Positions 55,385-64,000 of a stretch of 64,000 nt of DNA are shown here, piece after piece. The DNA lies in assembly GCA_965112735.1 (NCBI GenBank), contig OZ218954.1, forward strand, positions 682,001 to 746,000. The letters are read 5' to 3'. The notes under the pieces were generated by a model. The model saw nothing but the letters and a program-made list of their open reading frames with translations, had not been told where the DNA came from and did no database searches. Source of the DNA: Phaeosaccion multiseriatum (taxonomy: Eukaryota > Protista > Ochrophyta, other classes). Made by a program: the position numbers and the translations under genes. Each line of letters opens with the position of its first letter. Position 1 is the stretch's first letter.

Positions 55385-56883
55385 TCAACACGAGGATTTG
55401 TATATATACATACACGCACGTAAAACAATTACGTAGTCTTGAGATGAAATGCCCAAGGAAATACCCAAGGAAATACCTACCTCATACACAAGGAAGGTGG
55501 TGGCGTGTGCCACGACCGCCCTACAGAGAGTAGGGCCAATGCCTCGATAGAACGCACGGGGGCCGCCCTCGGTCCACACAGCCTTGGCGACTGCACCGAC
55601 TGTGGGTGGATGACGTGTTTGTACAGTTTGCAGTGAGAGGGAGAGCTCGGCTTGGGTGGTGTTACGTACGGAATAGGTGTGATTATTTCTTGGCAGTTAC
55701 AGAGGTAAAGCAGTGAGAAGGCTCCCAACGAATATATATATATAAAACAACACACAACACACACTTGACACGAAACACGCACGAGATAGTGTACATGTAC
55801 TTACATGGCTTGCCACCGCTGACAGATGACTGCATCCGGCTCTTGACCACATCCACCTACAAATGGAGGGAGAGAGGGAAAGGGGAGAGAGAGCAGACAG
55901 GGAGAGAGGGGAAGGGGAGAAAAGAGAGAGAAGAGGAGGAGGAGAGGCGGACACGCCGTTAGGCCGCGTGTGTGAATGAAGCAACGACCCATAACATCAA
56001 TATTCAAGCAAATTCTAGGGCCCCCCTCCCTCCCTTCCTCCCTCCCTCCCTCCACTGCCATGCTCACTGACCGGATAGACAGGTAGCCACGAAGCCACGC
56101 CCGCCGCCGCCCCGGAGAGAGCCACCCTCACAGTTGGCGATGCCAGCACGGGTTCCAAGAGCACCAACGGGGGAGGCAGGGCTGAGCGCTGCTCTTCTTG
56201 TACTCTTTCGGCCAAGCGTGACAACGTCTGTTCGGCGGTGGGAGGAGGAGGAGGAGGAGGAGGAGGAAGAGGAGGAGGAGGAGGAGGAGGCGGAGGCGGA
56301 GGAGGAGGAGGAGGAGGAGGAGGGGGAGGAGGAGGCGGAGGCGGAGGAGGAGGAGGAGGAGGAGGAGGGGGAGGAGGAGGAGGAGGAGGAGGAAGAGGAG
56401 GAGGAGGAGGAGGACGAGGAGGACGAGGACGAGGAGGACGAGGACGAGGAGGAGGAGGAGGAGGAGGAGGAGGAGGAGGAGGAGGAGGAGGAGGAGGAGG
56501 AGGAGGAGGAGGAGGAGGAGGAGGAGGAGGAGGAGGAGGAGGAGGAGGAGGAGGAGGAGAAGGAGGGAGAAGGAGAATGCACGGTGAGCGAGCTTGGGCA
56601 CACCTATCCCATAGATATATACAGACACCATCCACTGCCATAGATACATACAGACATCATCCACTGCCATAGATACATACAGACGGAGTAGGGCTTGATT
56701 CACTGGAATGTACAGTGGATGGCAGTGGATGGCAGTGGATGGCAGTGGGCGCTGTGGGGTTCGAAAACGACGAGGCTAGCAGAAGTGCATAAGCACCGGC
56801 ACCAGAGCAGCACCCTACACATCACAGGAAAGCGTACCTACGCACCCACACAGACGTGTCCACACACACACACACACACATGT

Positions 56884-56936
<53 letters not shown>

Positions 56937-59201
56937 AACACGTAAAGTTACGTACTTGCTTGGACAGCTCGTAAGCGAAGAAGTAGAGACCGTACCCAGG
57001 CACCTGCACAGGAGGAAAGATAGTGCCAGCAAGCGGGCAGGGTGGGAGGGGAGGGAGGGAGGGAGGGAGGGAGCAGACGATGGTTAAGGATGATGCTACT
57101 GAATAGTCCACACACCAACAAAACCAACCAATCAAATCAACCAACCAACCAAATAGACAAACAAACAAACCAATCAATCAATCAACTAACCAACCACCCA
57201 ACCTCAACCAACCTCTCTCGCCAGCGTGGGGCCGAGCCCGAGCCAGAGCCCTTTCCTGAGCCCCTGCTCCTTGATAAGACCTCGTGCACACGCAAGAGAA
57301 CTCGGAAACACAACTCCATCGGACATGCGAGCGTTCTGCATTATCACCTGTGGATGGATGGATGGATGGATGGATGGCAGTGGATGGACGACAGTCGTTG
57401 GATGGCAGTGGGTGGTGATGGTAAGAGGCTTTTTGTAAGTTGAAACTGAAACTGTGATGATATGGTGATATACAGTCATATGTCGTACGCACCTTGACTC
57501 GCTCTACAGGAGTAACGACGAAGGAAGCGAAGAAGCCGCTACCGGCAGCTGAGGTGATGGAAGGGAAGGGAAGAGGAGACAGGCGGTTTGTCCACACACA
57601 CACAGAGAGAGAGAGAGAGGGAGAGAGATCGAGAGAAGAGACAATTGAGGGGGGGGGGGAGCAGGGATAGAGAGGTATATATAGAGATAGAGGCGGACAG
57701 AGGTGGAGGAGAGGGGAGGATAGGAGAGGGAGGAGGACAGAGGAGGGGAGGAGAGGGAGAGAGAGAGGAGGGGAGAGGAGAGGAGAGGAGAAAGAAGAGG
57801 AGTGAAGGAGAGGGAGAGAGAGAGGAGAGAGAAGAGGAGTGAAGGAGAGGAGAGGAGAGGAGAGGAGACAGAAGAGGAGTGAAGGAGGGGAGAGGAGAGG
57901 AGACAGAAGAGGAGTGGAGGAGAGGAGAGGAGAGGAGAGAGAAGAGGAGTGAAGGAGAGGAGAGGAGAGGAGGGGAGAGAGAAGAGGAGTGAAGGAGAGG
58001 AGAGAAGAGGGGAGGGACAGACATTTTGAAATTTCAAACTTCCTTGCCCCTCTTGGGCGTATACCCACCCATACACCTATCCTTCTGCTTAAAGTATGTA
58101 CCCTTAAGTAAGTACCTCCTTACCTGCCAACCCCAGCTGAGGAAGCGTCAACTTGGCGGGAGAATCTGTACCTCCACCCCCCTGCTGCTGCGCAGCCCCC
58201 CCCCCTCCCCGTGCCCCGAATCCATCGACTGCCATCTTTCGTATAACCCCCTGACAGAGGCCGTAGCTAAAGAAGACGGAGCTTTTGATGAAGGCGGCGC
58301 CCGTGACGGGAGATAAAATGCCTCTGTAGAGGGCTCCTGCACCTGTTGGTTGTATTGCAGCAGCGAAAGCGCCATTAGTAAGTCGAGCAGAGCAAAGCAG
58401 CCTTCATAAAATCCATCCTCCCCTCTGCGATTCCCTCTGCCCCCTCTCCCCTCCAACTCACACACACAACGCACTGAAACTGAAACAACACACCTTCACA
58501 ACGCATGAGCTCCATGGCTGAGCCGAGGGCGTTCTTCCTATTTCCTTTTGCTGTTTGCATTCTGTGAGAGGGACGCAGGGATGGGTAAATCGACTTAAGG
58601 AGCAATGCCATGCAAGCTGAAGGATGGGTTGGCCTTTGGTGGCGGACGGACGGTACGTCCCACACATGAGGCGTTTTCGTTGTTCTTTTCCTCCTCCTCC
58701 TCGCACTCCTCCTCCTCCTCCTCCTCCTCCTGTGTTGCATACCTCACGCGCACTGTATCAAGCGGGTACCCTGCGATGACTCCGGCTACCCCCCCCACAG
58801 AGCCTGCTAGCAAGTGCTCTACGATGGATGGCTCATGTCGGACCACAGGAGCCTTTGGTCGCTTTGCTCCTCCCCTCCGTCGGCCTCGCTTCACTTCGGC
58901 GATAGCTTCCTGTGCAGGTGGAGGTGGTGGTGGTGGAGGACGACGAGGAGAAGGGAAAAAAGGGAGTGAGACAAAACAGATCTGGAAATATGGATGCAGC
59001 ACAGTGAAAGCTGGTAGAGCAGAGCGAGAAATCGTGAGAAATCTCTTCATGTAAACATACACTCACCTCCAGGTTTTCATCGGCCTCCAGAAGATCTGCA
59101 GACAACTCGTCTCCATCCAGCTGCGCAACCGAGAAGCGCAGCGAGGTGGCTACGAAGAGGAGCAGTAGCAGAGCAGAAGCCAAACGCCGGAAGGGAAGCA
59201 T
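55385..59201 (-). CDS. Mitochondrial carrier family (SLC25; carnitine/basic amino acid carrier-like) protein with an N-terminal signal-peptide-like extension
   Basis: Three PX[DE]XX[KR] repeats: GYPLDTVRVRMQ, VTPVERVKVIMQ, VYPVDVVKSRMQ. Also EGAGALYRG, GPTLAREVPGYGLYFFAYE and FYRGIGPTLCRA..TFLVYE. The 3' end after 55481 is uncertain. Confidence 0.88.
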
Positions 59202-59356
59202 GATTCGGCGTAGTAATTTGGGGTGTGCAATCACAAAAGAAGCCGCAGGGCCAATGAGCTGAAACTATCCGACGGCGGCTGAGGGGCTTTTTGCGGTGGC
59301 CTGAGGTTTTAGCACACAAGCTTTTAGGATCCGTGTACCAAGCGCCACATTGCACC
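59202..59356. promoter_or_regulatory. Putative bidirectional promoter between the SLC25 carrier and PES1
   Basis: 155 bp between divergent ATGs; contains CCAAT (~59251). Confidence 0.55.
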
Positions 59357-59612
59357 ATGGGGAACCGTATCAAGGGAAAGAAGAAGCCAAAAAGCGTCAA
59401 GGCCAAGCTTTCCGCTGGGGCGGGCAGCGCGAGACGGAGATCGCGCATGGGAAAGGAGCAGAAGAAGTAAGGGGCTTTCTGGGGGTGTGGGATAAACTTC
59501 TCTCTCTCTCTCGCATTGCCTTGAACAAAAAAGCTTTCAACCACAGGCTTCTGGCATAAGAAACAGAGAGATACAAGAGAGAGAGGGCGAGAGAGTGAGA
59601 GAGAGAGAGAGA

Positions 59613-59678
<66 letters not shown>

Positions 59679-59996
59679 GAAGAGGGCGTGAGAGTGAGAG
59701 ATTGAGCGAGGAGAGGGTCTTCTCTCTCGGAGAAGAACTCCCCTTGGCCCTGACCCCCACCCCTCCTTGTCCACCCCCACCGCCCTGTTCCTCTCCTCTC
59801 CCGCCTTCACCCCTCAACCACCCCCCCCCCTTGCCTCCCACCCATCCACACACGAACAGAGACCACAGGGGAGCAGCAGCCAATTTCCTCACCCGCGGGC
59901 AGTGCCTCAAGCGCCTCCAGATCACGCTCAAAGACTTCCGGCGGCTCTGCATTCTGAAGGGTATTTACCCCAGAGACCCCTCCAAGAAGGTATGGT

Positions 59997-60066
<70 letters not shown>

Positions 60067-63000
60067 GTGGTTGAGGCGTCAACTTCGTTTCAGTCGGTTC
60101 AGTTAAGTACGCCGGTCCTATCTAAAGTCTTCTGTTCTGCTCTGCTTTACGCTGCTCTGCTTCACGCTGCTCTGCTCTGCCCACCATATACCTCTGTTCC
60201 TCTGCTCTACCCACCATGTACCTCTGCCATGCCCATATGCCCATACCCCTCTCCCCTTCCCTACCCGTATGCCTCTACTCTGCTCTGCTCATATGCGTCT
60301 AATAGGTGAGCGGCAAGGACAAGACGTACTATCACCTCAAGGACGTGTCCTACCTTGCCCATGAGCCCCTGTTGCAGCACTACCGAGACTTCAAGGTGAG
60401 CAGTTGGCGATACGATGACAACAGTTGGTGGCGAATAACTTAATTGCCTTGGAGAGAGAGAGAGCGAGAGAGAGAGAGAGGGCGAGGGAGGAAGGCTCTG
60501 CAAGGTTCTGCCCCCCCCCACATGCCCTGCTAGATGTCCTAGATGTTACTCGAGGGCTACTCCGACTCCTACAACTACTCCTACTCGTACTTTACAAGTG
60601 CTGCTTGCTGCTGCGCCTGCAGCGGCCACTACTTTCACCGTTTTGTAAAGTCTTCTCCTCCTCCTCCTCCTCCTCCGCCTCCTCCTCCTCCTCCTCCTCC
60701 TCCTCCTCCTCCTCCTCCTCCTCCTCCTCCTCTCCCCCCCCTCGCATCACCAACTGCTGTACCTCCGTCCCCACTCAGGTGTTTATGCGCAAGATCCACC
60801 GTGCTGCAGGAAGGGGCGACATGGCAACGGCACGACGAATGGAGTTTGAGCAAAAACCCACCCCCAAACTTGATCACCTCGTCAAAGAGAGGTGTGTGGA
60901 TGGCAGTGAATGGCTGAGTGTAGTGGATGGCAGTGAATGGCTGGGTGTGGTAGTAGTGGATTGGGGGGGGGGGAGCGGAAGGCAATGGATGGAGCTCTGT
61001 GAGCACATCAAGTCGTCACCCCCCGCCGTCGGAGCCTTACCTGTAACGTAGCCCTTTATGCTTTATGCATCACTGTCACTGACTCTCTCCCTCTCTCTTT
61101 CCCCCTCTCTCCCTCCCTCCCTCCCTCCGTGTCTCCCTTTCTCCCTTCATCGTCCTCTCTCTCTCGCTCTTCTCGCTCTCTTTCCCTCTCTCTCCCTTCC
61201 TCCCTCCCTCCGTGTCTCCCTCCCTCTCTCTCTCCGACAGGTACCCTCGCTTCATCGACGCCCTTCGCGACTTGGATGACTGCCTCTGTCTTGTGCACAT
61301 GTTTGCCTCTCTCCCCACGGTGCGTGCATTCAGTTTGTCCATCAATCAGTCAGTCAGTCAGTCAGTCAGGTAGGCAGTCAGCCATTCAGTCAGTCAGCCA
61401 TTCAGTCAGTCAGTCAGTCGGTTCGTCAGGCAGTCAGTCGGTCAGTTAGTCAGTCAGTCAGTCAGTCAGTCACTCAGTCAGTCAGTCAGTCAGTCAGTGA
61501 GTCAGTTAGTCATTCAGTCAGTCAGTCAGTCAGAGAGTCAGTTAGTCAGTCAGTCCTTCAGTCAGTCAGTCAGTCGGTTCGTCAGGCAGTCAGTCAGCCA
61601 GTCAGTCAGGCAGTCAGTCAGTGAGTCAGTCAAGCACTCAGTCAGTCGGTCAGTCTGTCGGTCAGTCAGTCGGTCAGTCAGTCTGTCAGTCAGTTTGTCA
61701 CTCAGTCACTCAGTGAGTTCAGTCCACCAGGCAGTCAAGCAGGAGCAGGCCATGTGTCAAGTCCAGGGTCTTGTAGCTCAGTACCCGCCTCGTCCTCCTC
61801 CTCCTCCTCCTCCGCCTCCTCCTCCTCCTCCTCCTCCGCCTCCTCCGCCTCCTCCTCCTCCTCCTCCTCCTCCTCCTCCTCCGCCTCCTCCTCCTCCTCC
61901 TCGTCCTCCCCCCCCTCCTCCACCTCCCCCCCCTCCTCCTCCTCCTCCTCCTCACCCTCCTCCTCCTAATACTGCTTCGACCGCCGCTGTATCACCAACT
62001 GCTCGACCAGGTGAGGAGGGGCCTGTCAGCAACAAGCATCATGTGCCGCAGCCTCGTGCAGGAGTGGCAGCTCTACGTGGCCAGGAGCAAGAGTATCTCC
62101 AAGGTAAGGGAGGAGGAATGGCAGTGGATGGCAGTGGATAGGAGGGAGGGAGGTACGTGTGGCTTTTCTCCCTTCTCATGTTGGAGGGGGAGTGTATATC
62201 CTTTGGTTTGGTCTTTCTTCGCCAGAGCTGCGGGGACGTCTTTGAGCGTTTGAGCGGGAGGGATCACAGATGCACATACACCCTGGACGCACCTTGTTCC
62301 GGACTGCCACTCCTCTAACTTGCGGGCTGTGCTCTGCTCTTATCTTCTCTTACCTTCCCTCCTGTTGTCCTTGATGCATTTTTGTTGCTGTTGTTGTCCT
62401 GTCTCTCCCTCCCCATCCCCACACACCTCCCTCCCCTCTCTCCCTCTGCGTCACCAACCCGTGAAGGTGTTTGTGAGCATCAAGGGCGTGTACTGTCAGG
62501 CGGTGGTGCACGGCATCCCCATCACGTGGATACAGCCCCATCAGTTCACACAGCACTTCCCGCAGAACGTTGACTTCAGGGTGAGTTGGAGTTTCGGTTT
62601 TGTGCGAAGTTTGAGTTTGAGTGTTTTAGTTTTTCTTTTTGCTGCTTCTTTCCCAGTTGTTCAATTCAGTCGTTTGTTTTTGAGAAGGAAGGAGTTCACG
62701 TGAAGGAGTGGCATCGTAGAGGGTAAACGTGGTCAAGTTCAGTCTTTTGGGTTGAGGAGGTGAAGGTCAGTCTTTTGTTTTGATAAGAACGGGGTTGTAT
62801 GCATCTAGAGGGTTTGCGTGGTCAGGCAAGCAGGTTGTGCTCTCTGTCCCTCCTTGGCTAACGCCCGATGCACACACACGCACACACACACACACGTTGG
62901 TGATATATATATATACATGCCCTCACAGATCATGCTGACCTTCCTGGACTTCTACGGGGTGCTCCTCAAGTTTGTGCTGTTCCGTCTCTATGGGGAGATG

Positions 63001-63268
63001 AACTGCGCGTACCCACCTCCTCGGGACGAGCGGCTCGCTGGGTCCGACGGCGGACTGAGGTCTATTTTGACGGGGGAGGAGGGGGAGGAAGGGGCGGGAG
63101 CGGGAGGAGGAGGAGGAGAAGGAGGAGGAGAAGGAGGAGGGGGCGGTGGCGGTGGCGACAAGCAGGGGGAGGAGGAGGGAGGGGGAGGAGCCAAGTCGAT
63201 GGCAGGCTTGTCCAAGGCTGGAGCGAAGGCGTTGAAAAAGCAACAGGTAGGTGGGATGGGAGGGAGGG

Positions 63269-63326
<58 letters not shown>

Positions 63327-64000
63327 ATGCGCGCGCGTGTGTGTGTGTGTCACTCTGCACGCACACGAGCACGCGTGTAAGTAAGATTCCTCACCCAGTT
63401 TCTAGTTTCAGTTTCCACCCCTCTCTCCGTCTCTTCTCTCTCCATATCTATCGCACTCTCTCCCTCATCCCCCCCCTCCTTCTCTCGCTCTCTCTCTCTC
63501 TCTCTCACACAACACACTAAAACTCATATATATATGTATACATTGTATGCAATTGTAACAGGCCGACTCGGAGTCCCGAATCAAGACACTCGACATGGGC
63601 AGAATCGGTAAATCGACAGGGGCGGGGATGGCAGTGAATGGAGCAGAAGGGAAGGAGAAGGAGGAAGAGGAGGAGGATGAGGAGGAGGGAGGAGGTCCCA
63701 TGGGGGAGCAGCTCACCGTGCCCCTGGAGGCTGCTTTCATGCAGCAAAGCGAGGAAGGGGAAACCATCCTCGACGGCATGGACACGGTGGAGCAACGCAG
63801 GGGCAGGCTTTTTCAGGGGCTCAAATTCTTCCTCGGTAGAGAAGTGCCCAAGAGGTGGGTGGGGTACACAAGTCAATGGACACGTGTGTGTGTGCGTGTG
63901 TGTGCGTATGTGTGTGCGCGTGTGTGTGTGTGTGTATACATCATCAACATTCATCACCAGTCACCATCTCTCACCCTCCTCTCTGTTTCGACAACGCACC
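59357..64000 (+). CDS. PES1: Pescadillo homolog (PES1/Nop7), 3' end beyond the window
   Basis: [101 protein letters not shown] and the BRCT start [14 protein letters not shown]. Confidence 0.96.

Overview
Eukaryotic, intron-rich nuclear DNA. An ochrophyte or other stramenopile alga is likely, but this is an inference from protein style only. Intergenic spacers are very short and introns are packed with simple repeats. I spliced all gene models by hand. From left to right: a plasma-membrane P3A H+-ATPase (minus, runs off the left edge), an RsfS/Iojap (MALSU1-like) gene, PCF11, a class II (4EHP-like) eIF4E, and a secreted Cys-rich protein with a GDPH/VWD-like domain. The region ~13.3-53.8 kb is a three-unit tandem segmental duplication (period ~13.2 kb). 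In the extra units PCF11 and eIF4E are broken and several triplet repeats are greatly expanded, while the secreted-protein gene stays intact in all three copies beside a nested TIR element with a 6-bp target-site duplication. The right end holds a signal-peptide-bearing SLC25 carrier (minus), divergent from PES1/pescadillo (plus, partial). The most unusual signals are (1) a dispersed 15-bp motif, CAGTTGGTGATACAG, found in introns, gene flanks and exons on both strands and in different reading frames, (2) a G/T-rich 5' versus C-rich 3' polarity of intronic repeats, (3) the nested TCG...CGA elements, and (4) the selective survival of the secreted gene in the array.
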